From positions 8,688,655 through 8,752,654 of the forward strand of contig NC_134033.1 of NCBI RefSeq assembly GCF_964204645.1: a stretch of DNA of 64,000 nucleotides. The letters are read 5' to 3'. The notes below the pieces were generated by a model. It did no database searches. It worked only from the letters and a program-made list of their open reading frames with translations, and was not told where the DNA came from. Source of the DNA: Tubulanus polymorphus. Its lineage: Eukaryota > Animalia > Nemertea. Of this stretch, positions 23,006 to 37,496 are shown one piece after another; the first letter of the stretch is position 1; every line of letters starts with the position of its first letter. The position numbers were made by a program, and so were the translations under genes.

Positions 23006-25659
23006 TGTTTTTCGAGGTTTTCTTCCAGTACCCAACTCGGAATTAACATAGTTTTCTCAGTTAAATCGAATTTGGAGGTTTATTCTGAGTTAGCAACTGG
23101 AATTAAACCTCGAAATGTTATGTCATTAAAATTATATGACCCGGATGCTTCTGGATGAAATATCCCCTGTCCGCGTAGGACCTGAATTGAATTGAATTTC
23201 AACTCTGAAAATGAATCTCTTTCAAACTTGAATCTCACTCATAACCATGTAATATTGTGATTAAATAAAAATCATTTCAAGGTTGAATTGTAACGATTAA
23301 GAAGTGACGGTGAAAATACGTTGCTTTGTCACGTACATTGTATTCCATGACGCAGTTTCACAGAACTCTTAAGAGGTAACTGATTGGAAATAAACTAATT
23401 TCAACTCTGAGTTAACAACGGAAATGGGTTCTATTCTTAGTTGAATATCAACTCAGAAATGTGGACCTGGGCCCAGTTGATAATCATTCTGTTTTGATCA
23501 CTTCCGATCGTTGTTTTGTCGTGTCCTGTGGTGGGGAGTCCGTGCCATCTTTCATCATCATGAAAACGTATTACGAATGTACCGTATTGCATTTGAATTT
23601 ATAATCAAAAATGATGCGGCTATAAATTATGTTTAACTAAGATCTAGATGCAAAAGACACTGCATTTGACTCTGCTCATTCAATTAAACTTAGGATTGTG
23701 ATTCTTGAATTAATTGCGATTCCGATAAACAGCATCTCCGAAATAAATATATATCATTAATGTTGAATTTATAAATTTCCTTACCTGGCTGACTTGCTAC
23801 TATCAAACGTGTCTTTATGTCACAAACCGTCCTCTCAGAATCGTTTTACGCATACAAAGGATAAGAGTCTATTTTCGGCAGAGAGATTTCGCATTAGATG
23901 TAACGTTATTAATTGGTAACTATGTATTGGAATGAATGATGTGGATTTTCAGCCAAATGCAAATCTCGCGCAGCTGCCAGTGTGAAGACAGCTGTGAAAA
24001 ATGACAACTCAATCCAATCGTTATTGCTACCAAGTATCAAAAATAAATACCGATGCTAACATTCAGCGTTTTGGCTATGGCTATAATAGAGTTAATCGAC
24101 AGCGACCCGAGCATCCCTATCAGATTAGGATTAATGTTTTTTTGAATGAAATCGTTTTGGAAGAGAGATTAACGACTGAATAGTAGAACTTCTATTTTCT
24201 TAAACTAAAATCACACTCTCGGAGAGTAAAAATAGTCTTCCTTTTCTTTTCGCATTGAATTGTGAGTAAAATCTAGGGTGGAATTACGCGCGAAGAACAA
24301 TTTTTTTCCTAAAAGACATTTTATTCATATATGATAGTTTGTACTCAAATCAACCTAATAATGAGAATCTACTTGATTTGATAATTTCTTGAACTTAATT
24401 GGGGAAATTGTGATCCGGAGAGACGGCAAGACTTGAACGTGGTTCCCCATCAAAAAACGGATAATGGCAAAAGCCACATTGCATGGAAATCGGAAGTTGC
24501 GAAAGTTAAAACCCGTTTGTTTGAAACGGTACTAGTGTCGACTGTCCTCATCCCGAGTGTTGAATGAACAAAACGGCGAATGGAGCCATCATGTATGCAT
24601 CTCAAATACGTGCTGTGTCTTCAAATGGATACTAGGAATGTACCAATAGCTATTATACGGTTTCTCAATCTCTTGAAATATACATCCTGGCCAATTTCTA
24701 TTCCGCCTGGGCATCAGGCTTTTTACTGTAAGTATACCCCCTTGGGCTCCCCTTTCTCATTTTTCTTCGCTTCAACTTGTTACTATGTAGTAAGTACGTT
24801 TCTTTGATTAATGATGACAATTTTTGTATTTTACTTTTTAGTAAAGACATAAACTGATAATCATGAAATAAATAAAAATAAATAATAAATAAAGGCGAAG
24901 CCCTGTTACCCTGATTATTACAGAGGTATCATCCTAGTAAGCTATCTAATTCATATTTTTCAACAATAAAATTGAACCAGCGTCATATTTGATATTAGTG
25001 AATATATGACACTAAAATAATCTTTACACGATGTTTCACGGCTAACACATGCTCTTTTAAGGACTAATAATGAATAATCGCATAATTTGTTGGAAGTATT
25101 TCACAGACGTTACGCGTAATTGTTTTTCTAATCGTGAAGACCGATTTAATTACTTTGAGAATGGATTTTTTCTAGAACTAGAGGATCAAAGGTACTGTGT
25201 TCTCGTGGTCCAGATTTTTTATGATATTAATGAAAACATATTACATTGTTCAGATATTCTTAAACTCTTTTAATTTGCAGATCTGTTCACCTAGTGCCCT
25301 AGGCACTACGGTGGCACTATGATGAGACTAGAGCCTCAGACAGTGGTAGGCTGGAACAAATACATCAGATTGATTTGCTTTTCCTTAAACTTTAGAGTGA
25401 GATATGGCCGGATATAGTTCTAAAAGATCGACGGATGAAATGTGTATCACTTTCAAAGACTTTTTAATACGACATATTCAATGGAAATCTATGGTAAAGT
25501 TTATTTCATTCAAAAAACGCATATACATGTATTTCACTGTATGAAAACTGTGCGTATTCATAACGTGCGCGCGGCAGTAAATGCATAATGCTGTTACTGT
25601 AGCGCGTGCAGTGTAAGACATGATCTGCCAGCGCGCACTTGCCTCGCGTAAGCGTTAAA

Positions 25660-27174
25660 GAAGGACAATATCTAAAGCAAAACTCTGCTATGAGAAAAGA
25701 TAGCTAAAAAAATTATAAATGCTTTATCTCAAAATGACAGTCTTTTTGGAAGATTCAAATATCATTTGAAACTCGAAACGCAGATACGAATGAGAACTGC
25801 CCAAACTTAGCTGAATTCAAAACTTTTTTTCGCGGAATAATTCAATCTGAATCAAACGATGACATTGATCCTGATCTTTTGCTTCATGAAAATGATACGG
25901 AAACTATTAATATGCCTCACGATCTAGACATCCCCATTACTAGAGATGAAGTTATAAGAGCGATAAGAAATCTAAAAAAGGCAAATCACCGGGTCTTGAT
26001 AATATCCTACCAGAAATGCTTATAACTCCCTCTGAAACCCAAACACCTCTGCTGACCATTTTTTTCAATGTCATCCTTCAATCAGATATTTACCCACAAA
26101 ATTGGAGCAGTGGCTGCATTACACCCATTCATAAGAAAGGGATAACTTCCGACCCAAACAATTATAGAGGTATTACCGTCTTGAGCGGCTTCGGAAAAAT
26201 ATTTTCAATTATTTTGAATACACACATTATACAATGGTTAGAGGCACATCAAGTATTGAATAATGCACAGGCCGGTTTTAGGCCAAATAATGGTACTATA
26301 AATCAATCCTTTGTATTATCTTCAATCATCGACCGCCGTATAAAGAAGAAAATGAAAAATGCGTGTATGGCATTCGTAGATTCTTCTAAGGCCTTCGATT
26401 ATTTGAACCACGACATTCTCTGGAAAAAGATTCTGGAAGCTGGTATCACTGGCAAAGTTTATAACATAATTAAATCTATGTATGCTAACAGCGAATCATG
26501 TGTCAAAAACAATGGGTTCATAACTACCTTTTTCGACTGCACCGTCGGCGTAAGGCAAGGCGATTGTATCTCTCCTGTTCTTTTCAATATCTATATTAAT
26601 GGTATGGAAGAATTTTTTAATAAAAAATGGCCATCCAGGCATTGACTTTAATCTATTCAAACTATATGTCTTGCTTTACGCCGATGATACCGTCATTCTA
26701 GCCCAATCGCACGGAGAATTACAGAATGCACTTGATATTCTGCATGATTATTGTAAAAAGATGAAGCTATCTGTGAATTCTGCAAAGACAAAGACAATGA
26801 AAATTGGGTACCGCAGAAATAACCGTAACCCCATTTTTTGTTTTTATAACGATGTCCTACTGGAAGAGGTGTCAACCTTTCAGTACCTTGGCATTACTAT
26901 ATCAAATAACGGCAAAATGTCTGCTGCAGTCAAGTCGCAGGCCGATCAAAGTACAAGAGCTTGCTTTGGACTCAAGAAGTATTTGCTAAACGCGAGACTC
27001 ATTTCTGGTAAAACCAAGCTTGACATCTTTGATTCATTAGTGAAACCAGTATTAATGTATGGTAGCCCAATCTGGGTATTTGAAAATGTTAGAAATATAG
27101 AATCCGTTCATGTCAAATTCTGTAAATACCTACTCAATGCGCGCGCCACGACACCGAATGTAATGGTCTACGGT
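25660..27174 (+). mobile_element. RTEX/RTE-like LINE fragment (reverse transcriptase), frameshifted and 3'-truncated by a Polinton end
   Basis: GKSPGLD, NYRGIT, QAGFR, AFVD.SKAFD, GVRQGDCISP, LLYADD, YLGI motifs in ORFs 26016-26645 and 26599-27231. Confidence 0.85.
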
Positions 27175-27374
27175 AATAATTGTATATATCTTTGTTCAGG
27201 CACGCTCGAATTTATATTTCATTTTTTATGAACTCGCCCTCTCAACCTTTAACCTGAACCAAGATATATACAATTACTCTAATAATATTCATATAAATGA
27301 ATAACATATCAATGAATAACATATATAAATGAATAACTTCTAAAATCAATTTTAATAAAAAACATGTTATCAAA

Positions 27375-27733
27375 ATGGAGAGTAAACAAGTACACAGTGA
27401 GAACAACAAATCATTCTTAAATAGAATTAAAGATATCAAAAATGCTAAATCAGTAGGTTATAAATTTAAGAAGTTAAATAGACTTACAATTCATAAGAAA
27501 TATTTAATTACAAATATTGATACAGTATTTTATAAATATGGAGATAAGTTAGTTATCCACTTAGAATATGAAGGATTAAAAGGAAATAAATATAAATTTA
27601 TTATATAATATATTTACCAGATAGATTTCATAGATTATCTAGTGAAGATCTAGAAGAATTATGTTCTGGTGATTTCTATTTTATATATAAGGGTAAGAAT
27701 GAAAAAGGGCACCATGATATAGATTTCGAATAA
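27375..27733 (+). pseudogene. Polinton small beta-rich (possible OB-fold/SSB-like) protein, frameshifted
   Basis: KKL...YKYG.K...L...YLPDRF..LS.E.L......IYKGKNEKG.HD; clear homolog of 60333-60659. Confidence 0.6.
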
Positions 27734-27767
27734 GAAAATTAATTTTGATAAAAAATTTGATATTAAA

Positions 27768-30700
27768 ATGGAAGCAAATAAGAAGAACTACTGTCCAACA
27801 TGTAAAATCAATATAGATAAATCTCAAAAAGCAAGGTATAATGAAACTTTAACACTTTTAGAAAATAAATTAAAATTAGAATATAAACATGATATATTAG
27901 AAACTAAATTAGATGAATTAAAGAATGAAAAAGAAATATATAAATGTGATACGTGTAATCAATCATTCAGTGATAAAAGATATTATAAAGAACATTTAAA
28001 ATCTAAAAATCATATAAGAAATATTAATAATGATATCTCAGGTGAAGATTATTTTGATAAAGATAATGATAAGAAACAGAAGACAATTAAAAGAATAGAA
28101 AATAAATTAAAAAGTAAAAGACTATTCATGGAAGATGTTAGAAATTATATTAATTCATTAGATAATAAAAAAGAACTAGAGATAACTGAAGCATTTCAAA
28201 GTGATATAGGACCAGCCGCAATTGAATTTAAATTTTACAAAGGTAAAACACTAAAAAAAATAAAAAAACATTTAGAAAATATGAAAAATATTATAAAAAT
28301 AATTACTGATGGTTAATACCCTAAAATTAGCATATCAGTTAAAGTTAAATTTATAAAATCAGAAGATAAACCAATTTATAATATACATTCCCATTCACAA
28401 CATATTATTTCAAAACAGCATATAGATGATAAATTAAATAAATGTTATAATGAAGTCAAAAATAAGATAGAAGAGAAATATTTTGAAGGATCTGGTTTAA
28501 TATTTGATGAAATAATATTTATGACTTTACATGTTTATAACACAAAATATAATTAGTTTACTGAATCAAAACCGATTGATGAAAATAATTAATCATATTA
28601 TAAAGATGATAATATAAATGGATCAAGTTATATCAAATTACCATTTAAAACTAATGCTGTTATAAATGTACAAAATGAAGATGATAAATGTTTTCTATGG
28701 GCAATTATAAGTTGTTTACACCCAGTTGAAGATTATAATCAACATACTTATAGATTAACACATTATAAACCATTTGAAAATAATTTTAAGATAGATAATT
28801 ATCCTGTTAGAATTAAAAATATCCCAAAAATAGAAAACGATAATAATCTAAAAATAAATGTATTCGATTAAATCAGATTACCAAAAACAAAAGGTAATAA
28901 TATTAAACATTTTACATTAGAACCTTTATCTCTATTTAAAGATTATGATTCAAATAATGTTATAGATATATTATATTATGAGAATCATTATATGTAGATT
29001 AAAAGAATTGATTTATTTTTCAAATCAGAAAACGATTTTGATAACAAAATATATCTATGTAGAAAATGTTTACATAAATTCAGTAATGAAAGTGCCTCAT
29101 TAAATCATAAACAATTATGTGAAAATCATGAATACTGTAAATTAATTTTACCAAATGAAAAAGATGAAATATTAGAATTTAAAAATTATGATTACAAGAA
29201 TAAAGTACCATTTGTAATATATGGAGATTTTGAATCACTAAATAAAGAATTAACTGATCAAGATAGAAAAGAAATATATCATAAAAGAAAGAAATCAAAT
29301 TCTAATGAAAATGATGTAATTGATTATTCAGATCCTCTAATAACAAATACTATTAAAAAGATTCATCAAAGTGCTGCAGCTTTTGGATTATATATAAAAT
29401 CTGATTATCCTGAACTAATTAAAAGTGAGTATTATCCTTATCGAAATGAAAATGTTACCAATCATTTTTGTGACTTGTTAATTGAGTATGAAATAAAATT
29501 TAATGAAAAGTTAAATAAAAATATAGAAATTATAATGACAGAAGAAGATAAAGAAGAATTTGATTTATCAGATAAATGTTATTATTGTGAAAAACTATTT
29601 AATCTAAAAGATAAAAAAGTAAGAGACCATGATCATTTGAATGGAAAGTTTAGAGGCGCGGCACATGAGAATTGTAACTTACAAGCTAAAATAAATTGCC
29701 CATGGGCAAAGTGTGGTTTACCTTGAAAGCTAGAGGTTGTTTGGGGTAAGGGCATTGCTTGAAAAATCTTTTTAATTCGTGACTTCAAAGTTCTTCAACT
29801 CTAAATATTGTATTTTCTCTTTCTTAAAGGATTATTTTGTAGTCAAATAAGACCACCAAAGATATACATTTGTTTACGGTCTACATCCAAAATTTCGTAG
29901 GGTACAGGTAGGCGGGGCATGGAAACTATTTTGTATTTTTGGAGAAATATTTTTCATAATATGAAAAAATATTCAAATAAAATTCATATGATGTCACCTA
30001 TCAGAGGGTGGCTGAATGTATGGCCGCGGAAGCTAAAATACCGGTGCAGTAAGAAATCGGCGTATTAGATCGTTTTAAATCCTGGAATTTACCACTACAA
30101 TATTCAGACCTCGACCTATACCTATAGTTTGCTGCTTAGTATTTTCAGGTCACAAGAAATTACAATTTATTACAAATTCTATCAAACAGAAAACACAGCA
30201 CTCATCTTCTGCTGATGAAATATCAAACGCGCCAGCAAGCAGCATTTCAGTATCACTATAGTAGTGTATACTGTACGCGCGTGTGTTTGTGTCTGCAACA
30301 GTCTAATCTAATGATTTCCGCGCGCACGTGGAGGCCTTGTGTAAGTGAATGTTCGCTTACACTTCAATGTCATCAAATCAATTACCGGGTATTATTAAAA
30401 TGAAACAATACCTATGGCGGATAATAATTACATTATCTCCAGCAATTCGCATTTGAAATTCGCACGTATACGGCACCTAGTCCAATGAAACGTTCGCCAT
30501 TCTATGGCTTTCCCATAATTATTTTAGTAGCGCCAGAATTCCCCGAATATCCCAAAAACAGCCAATCACATTCGCTCGTAGAGACAACGCCCCCCCCCCC
30601 CCCCCAATCGAGGTCATTGCAATTTTATACGCGAGAGCTAAGAATTTTCCCGCCAAAAACAGTTTTTCGTACAATTTTAGCAATGTTGACCATGTCATCG

Positions 30701-31626
30701 ACGGAGGTTCGCCATGTCTTCAATCGCATCGATTATATGTCATTTAAGCCGAGAACCAATGAAACAAATGCTCACATAAAAAACGTACCGCGATTTTACA
30801 TGAATTGGCTCAATGCCAACTTCATATCGCTGACAAAGGTACACCAAAAATTAACTTTGTTCCAGTTATTTCATAATTTATCAGGATATGATGCTCATTT
30901 ATTTATCAAAGAGCTATGCCATAAAATAGAAGAAATCAATAATGAAATAGGAAGATTAAATTCAAATAGATCAAAAGATAAAATACCAACTTATAAATTT
31001 AGAATGTTAAATGTTAGTTAAACATCTGAGAATTATATATCTTTTCAATTTGGGTGTCTAAGATTTATAGATTCATATACATTTTTAAGTAGTTCATTAG
31101 ATAATTTATCAAAATCATTGGTTGATGATGAATTAAAAATATTAAAGCAACATTACCCAAATAATGATGATTTTCAATTAATGAGATATAAAGGAGCAAT
31201 TCCATATTCATTTTATAAATCGCATAATGATTTTAACATAACTGAATTATTAAAAGAACAATTCTATGATGAATTAGAAAATTAATATGTTAAAGATGAA
31301 GTATATAATAGAACAATAAATATTTGGAATCATTTCAAAATAAAAAATGGACAATTAGTATATTTATATTGAAAATCAGATGTATTATTATTAACTGATA
31401 TATTTGAAAGGTTTAGAGATGTAAATCTGAAATATTTTAATATTGATCCATGTAATTGTTATTCTAGTCCAGGTTTAACTTGGGACTTTGGATTAAAATT
31501 TACAGATATAAAAATGGATTTGTTAACAAATATAGATCAATAATTATTATTTGAAAAATCTATAAGAAGAGGAGTTTCAGGTGTATTAGGTGATAGATAT
31601 TTCAATGTAAATGATAATCCTGGATA
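27768..31626 (+). pseudogene. Protein-primed family B DNA polymerase (HNH/EndoVII-insert type) with N-terminal C2H2 fingers; stops, insertion and truncation
   Basis: CDTC..HLKSKNH, FEGSGL, GSSYIKLP, NEDDKCFLWAI, VPFVIYGDFES, VRDHDHLNGKFRGAAHENCNL, FHNLSGYDAHLFIK, RFIDSY, SDV..L.DIFE.FR, YSSPGLTWD. Confidence 0.9.
29691..30845. mobile_element. 1.15-kb unclassified repeat inserted in the pPolB gene
   Basis: Higher GC block; pPolB reads ...CNLQAK | KINFVPV.FHNLSGYD across it (contiguous in the 63340-63410 paralog); its right end resembles 49700-49800. Confidence 0.75.
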
Positions 31627-32895
31627 TAAAAATCCATAGCAGCAAAAACAGTACAAATCTCATTTCTAATGAGTAACATATATTTATTATAGCGAACGTT
31701 TTCGGGAGTTACATTATCCCCTCTTCAGGCATAGCGCAAGTGACTGGATTTACATATCATACTGGTATTTATATAGAATAAGACGAAGCTAATTACAAAC
31801 AATTTCAAATTACTGAGTGACAAGATAATCATAATATAAAGATAACTAATTACACACAATCTAAATTACTGAGTGAAGATATTCGACTAGTGGTTAATTA
31901 TCTAAAAACATTGAGAATGAATCCTGAACCGTATTCGAATAGTTGTTGATTAAGGGAGGGCTGTTGAGTTTTGATAAAAAGTGCTTCTCTAATTTTACAA
32001 TCTAAATCGGAGGAACCTTTATCTAAAATTTTGAAATTCTTTTCGCTAAACGAGACCTGACAGTCACGACAGTTTGATAGATGTTGGCCAATTGCTGAAG
32101 TCTTAAGTTTGTGCTCCTTAACTCTTGTAACTAGGTGTCTTTTTGTTTTACCTATATAGGCAGTGTTTATATCACATAAACAAGTGTATTTGTAGACAAC
32201 CATAGCTTTCAAGGATTTATGAGTCGGACACTTAAGTGAAAAGAAATTCTTAGTGGTTACGAATGAGCATTGAAGGTCTTTTTCGAAATTCGATTTAAAA
32301 AGTTTCTTTAATTTTTGAGCATATAGAATAGACGGGAAACCCACAAACGGTATGGAAATGAAAAGAGAAACTTTACTCTCATCAACGGTTTTAGGCTGGG
32401 TAACGAATTTAGAGTCGAGAAATTTTTTAACACAGTGATCAAAAACATGGCTAGGATAACCATTAAGTTTGAATAATTTCTTAAGAAATCAAATTCTTCC
32501 GAAAGAATGTTCCAAATGCTGCATGTATTGTATGCACGAAAAAGCATCGTGTTGATAAGACCGGTTTTCCATTTTTAAGCACACATTGCATTAAAGTTCA
32601 AAAGTAATCCAGTATTAGAAGCTTTTCTATAGACGCGTGAGATGAAATTAGTACTACCAGTGTTAGCCGGTGCTTGAAAGAGAGTATCTAAAAACGTTCG
32701 CTATAATGAATATATGTTACTCATTAGAAATGAGATTTGTACTGTTTTTGCTGCTATGGATTTTTAATCATGTAGACTCTCTACCCAAGATCTACTTCTA
32801 CTGCGCTAAACAGAGAGCAATATACGTGAAGGATTTCCGCAAATGTGAAAAGCTGTATCTGAAATGGTGTAAACTACGATTAGATATTAATTTTT
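31627..32895 (-). mobile_element. Penelope-like retroelement, 5'-truncated with inverted pseudo-LTR
   Basis: RT C-terminus (FLD..VYRK..TG) and GIY-YIG endonuclease (VVYKYTC...YIGKTKRHLVTRVKEH...EALFIK..PSLN) on minus; 32690-32895 is an inverted copy of the pLTR running into the ORF N-terminus. Confidence 0.9.
31688..31735 (-). ncRNA. Hammerhead ribozyme in Penelope pseudo-LTR
   Basis: CTGAAGA-GGGGATAATGTAACTCCC-GAAAACGTTC core on the minus strand. Confidence 0.65.
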
Positions 32896-35800
32896 TATCT
32901 CTAATCATTATATCATGCGCAAATTTATCAGCTTTAATTTAAGTCTTACGTCTTTAATTTCTCGTATTGCTTTATCAGAAAATATATTTAATTCTTCTAA
33001 TTCTTGATCTGTTGCATCAATTAATCCATTCGGTAAAAGTTTTTCGATTTGAACTCCTCTTGAATTAGGTTTACTAGTTTTGGAAGTTAGATCGTGTTTA
33101 GAAATTTTCTCTGGGTTTAGGTTTGGTTCTGAATATTTAGTAATTGTTTCAAATAATTTAAAAAAATTATTTTTAAATACCAACATGTTTTCAACTCTTT
33201 CTTCTTGTGTAACATTTTCTATTTCATTTTCCTGTAATTTCTGGTACTTCATTTTCAGTATTTATTTTTGAACATGCATTTTTAACAAAAGCATTAGTAT
33301 CAGGTCTTGCTAAATTAGAATTATATGCAGTTTCATTATCATTATCAATATTAGTTTCATTAAATCCAGGTTGTGGTTCATCAGGTATACCAGGCTCATC
33401 AAAAGTACCCATTGGAATATCTTCTCCACCTTTTGCCATTTACATATTAAAGAAAATTAAAATTTAAAATATAATATTCCTCCAATTACAATTCCTATAC
33501 AAGTTATAGCTAATTTAGTATTTTCATGGGATTTATTATCATTATTAGTTTTAATTATTTTATGTTGAATAATATCAGTTTTTATATTTTCTGTAGTATT
33601 GTAATCTTTTATTTTAGAATCATTATTTAATTTAATATTCTTAGTTTTAGTTTCAGTTGATTGAATATGTTTTTTAATTTTAACACCTTCCATTCGTTTT
33701 GGAGCAGTGATAATTTTGTTATTTATATCATTTAAACCAAATGAATTATTTATTGTTGCAGTTTTAATCAAATTATTATAACCAATTATATTTCCCATTT
33801 TTAATATTAAATCATCAGAAATAACCTAATTTATTATTATAGATATTATAAAAGCTATTAGATGGTATGGGAAGTGCGCAATATTGTAAAATAATAAATA
33901 TTTGTAAAATATTTTCAGGACAAGGAAGTGATCTTATTGTTCCAATTTTTGTCCTAAAATCAGAATTATTTATATTTATATTAAATTCATTACAAATTTT
34001 ATAAAACTCTGATTAATTGATATTATTATCTAATTCTTTAAAATATCTAGATCCTGGTAAAGGACACTCTAATTCATTTGATATTAATCTTATTTGAAAA
34101 TAAGTATGAAATCTAAATGAACTTTGAATTAATTCATATTTTGAATTATTTAAATGATCATTTCAACTAATTCCACATCGTGTTGTGGCACAATAAACAG
34201 CAAAATGTAATTGGTTCTGCCAATACTTTATATTGGATTTTAATAACCATTGTTTTTCATCTATCAATTTTTTTAAATTAATTAAATATACATGAAATAT
34301 ATTTATCATCTTTACATTAAAATTATAAGTTTCAGTAACATAAATATCTAAATTAATTAATGAATTTAAAACTTCATTCCTATATGTGATATTTTTATTA
34401 AAATCTATTGCAGGAATATTATATTTAATTGATTTATTATATTGGAACGCTTTTGGGAAACTAATTGCCATTTACATAATAAAAAATTAATAATTTATTA
34501 ATTCTTTTAATAATTTATCTTGTTCTTCAATTGTTATATTACCATTATTAAACTTATTATATAATCTTATGTATTTTTTAATTTATTAATTTCTTTTATA
34601 TTAGATTTTATTTTTTCTTTATTACCTTTTATATTTAATTTTTAACTTATTCCGGTTAAAACACTCGATGATAATCCTAGCACGCCAATTGACATAGCTA
34701 AAGGAGTTAATGGTGAGAATATTGCTAAAATTGTTATCACCGAACTAATTGTAACAGAACCACTAATGATAAGATAATATATAATTTTACTTTTTAAATA
34801 TTTTTATCTTTAAATCATCTTCAAATACTAATTTTTTTTTTCAAAATATAATTTTAATTTAGTTTTATTTATATCATGAGGAATAATATCATTATTATCA
34901 ACTTTATCATCCATTTATTTAGAAATGAAATTACTAATTAGTAAATTTATAAGCAACAAATATAACAATAACAGTTCCACCTAAAATCCAAATTATTTCA
35001 TATTGTTGTTGTTCTTTACTCGGAGTATAATAATCTGATAATTTAGGTTTATATAGATGTAATTTTTCTTTATTTGTTACTGCTTTATAAACTCATTGCA
35101 TCATCGACTGATTGAAAATCTCTATGTGAAATTTTCTGATTATATAATTCTTTATTGATGTAATCCATATAATTTTGTCTTTTTTATCTTTATTTTTCTG
35201 CTGCTTTATTATATTTTTCTAACGCTAAGTTAGGTCTTTTTTGTTCCGATAATGAACCATTTTTATCGATGCGTTTAAATAAATAACCACCACCAGTAAA
35301 TGCTAAAGCGTTAACAATTGCTGATCCTATAATAGTTATAATTGCAGATGCCATTTATTTAGTAAAAAAATTATGCATTTATAAAGGGGGAATATATTTT
35401 TGTTTTTCCAAATAATCAATCGTTAAATTAGATAAAGTAACTGCTTATGTTAATTCTAAAATATCATTTATATCAAATCTATCAACATTAATACTTCCCA
35501 TTCGAAACACTTTTTTAATACCATTGTATAACCAACTGTTCCAACTGATAGTAATGTTCCATTATATAATCCATTTATTATCCACTTATTATCACTCATT
35601 TATTTATTAGAAAAATCACCTTCTTCAAAATATTTAGTTATCTTAGTTATAATTATTTCAAAATTTATAATATGATTAGTTTCATTTTTGTATATTTCAG
35701 TTATTATTTCTTTAATATCATCGATGATAAAATCTTCATCTAATTCATAAAATCTTAAAGATTCTCCAATTAAATCAGTAATCTTTTCCACATTATAAAT
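32896..35800 (-). pseudogene. Cluster of decayed Polinton/adintovirus small and membrane/virion genes (starts at 33439, 34471, 34914, 35354)
   Basis: Head-to-tail AT-rich ORFs; MASAIITIIGSAIVNALAFTGG..EQKR and W.NQLHFAVYCATT.CGIS resemble conserved invertebrate Polinton genes; two have hydrophobic helices. Confidence 0.6.
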
Positions 35801-35972
35801 TTCTTAATTTATTGTTGTTTAATATTCAAATGTTGTTTCATTAGTAAATGCAATATTTTTGATATGTGTAATTACATCATTAATATCAAATTTCATTTCT
35901 TTCTCACGTTTAAAATCAAATCCAAAACATATACTCGGTCCTACTGTAATATTCATTTATATAATGAAAAAA

Positions 35973-36450
35973 TTACTCTCTACATCTTACAACTAATTCA
36001 TAAATTACTGGAAAGTTATTCAAATCAATTAAGTATCCATTATGATTTCTTATTTAAAATTATTAAAAATGTGGAATTCAAGGTTTGAATTCGCATTCTG
36101 ATAAATTATGATTAATTTGTGTTCCAAATTGTTTAACATTTTTAATGGCAGAATATTCAATATACTAGAATTACAAATTGTATCTATAGTTGCTTCGAAT
36201 GTTTTTGTTACTCTCTAAATCTTACAACTAATTCATAAATTACAGGAAAGTTATTCAAATCAATAAAGTATCCATTATGATTTCTTATTTCTAATCTAAA
36301 ATTATTAAAATGTGGAATACAAGGTTTGAATTCGCATTCTGATAAATTATAATTAATTTGTGTTCCAAATTGTTTAATATTTTTAATGGCAGAATATTCA
36401 ATATACTAAAATTACAAATTGTATCTTTAGTTGCTTCGAATGTTTTTGTT
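35973..36450. repeat. Tandem duplication (~237 bp x2) of the penton 3' end
   Basis: 35973-36207 repeats 36208-36450 with scattered substitutions and small indels. Confidence 0.9.
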
Positions 36451-36956
36451 GGATCAAATAAATTACCACAAACATAGAAATGTGTGTAAGGTATTATATT
36501 TGTATAAGTATCAATATTTGAATAATCTTTATCTGGAAGAATTCCAATTAGTTTAGCTAAAGGTTTTCTTACTAGAAATCTATGTTGTTCATTACCTACT
36601 TTTATTCTATTTTAACTATCACTTTTAATAAACTTAATTACAAACTTACCATATGCGCCCATTTTTAAACGAGCTCTTTTATTAATTTCTTGCGCTAATG
36701 TTTCTAAATTATATAATCCTGGTTTTAGATGAAGATGAAACCATCTATTCAAATTTCTAACATGAATTTTAAAAGCTAAATGATCAAGATTTTTATTCGA
36801 TATATTATGAAAAGAATAACATAAACTTACATTTACTAATTTAAAATCAACGCAATTCCTAAATTCTCAATCTAATTGTACTAGTAAATTATGAGATTTA
36901 TAATTTGTAAGTCTTCTTGAATCAACAAATGTTCTATATTCTTTTAATTCACCCAT
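36208..36956 (-). pseudogene. Polinton minor capsid (penton-like) protein with in-frame stops
   Basis: LKPGLYN...IN, LAKLIG, YVCGNLFD, ILNILP and C-terminal LEIRNHNGYFIDLNNFPVIYELVVR match the penton pattern. Confidence 0.65.
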
Positions 36957-37496
36957 TATTTATAACACAAAAAAATTACCTCGAATCACTAAAAATTAAT
37001 TTTAATAAAATTTTTCCTTAATAAATGGAAGAGAAGATACCATGTGAAATTGTGGTGAACTTCAAAGAAAAGTTTGAGAAATCATAGATATATCCACGAA
37101 TTAAATGATAGGTTACATAATTCAAATTAAGTTTGATAATGAAAAAGATTAATTTCTATTTACATATTGATGGACGAATTGGACGAATGGACGAGGGTAC
37201 GACAGTGGGGTCTTATATTCAAATAACCCCTATGTCTTCACAGATTTATCATATTTTATATTTTCAACTAATATATTTTATATTTTCAGCTGATATGATT
37301 TATATTTTATTAAAATAATATTTAAATATAGCATAAAATTGATAAAATAACTTAAAATCAAACTCGCACCGTTTTTTTTAAATTAAAAAACATATGTAAA
37401 TCATATATTATTACACTCGTACACTCGTACAATTCGTACCATTCGTAATTAATAATATTAAGTGTTGTGAAATATGTAATAAAAGATATAAAAATG

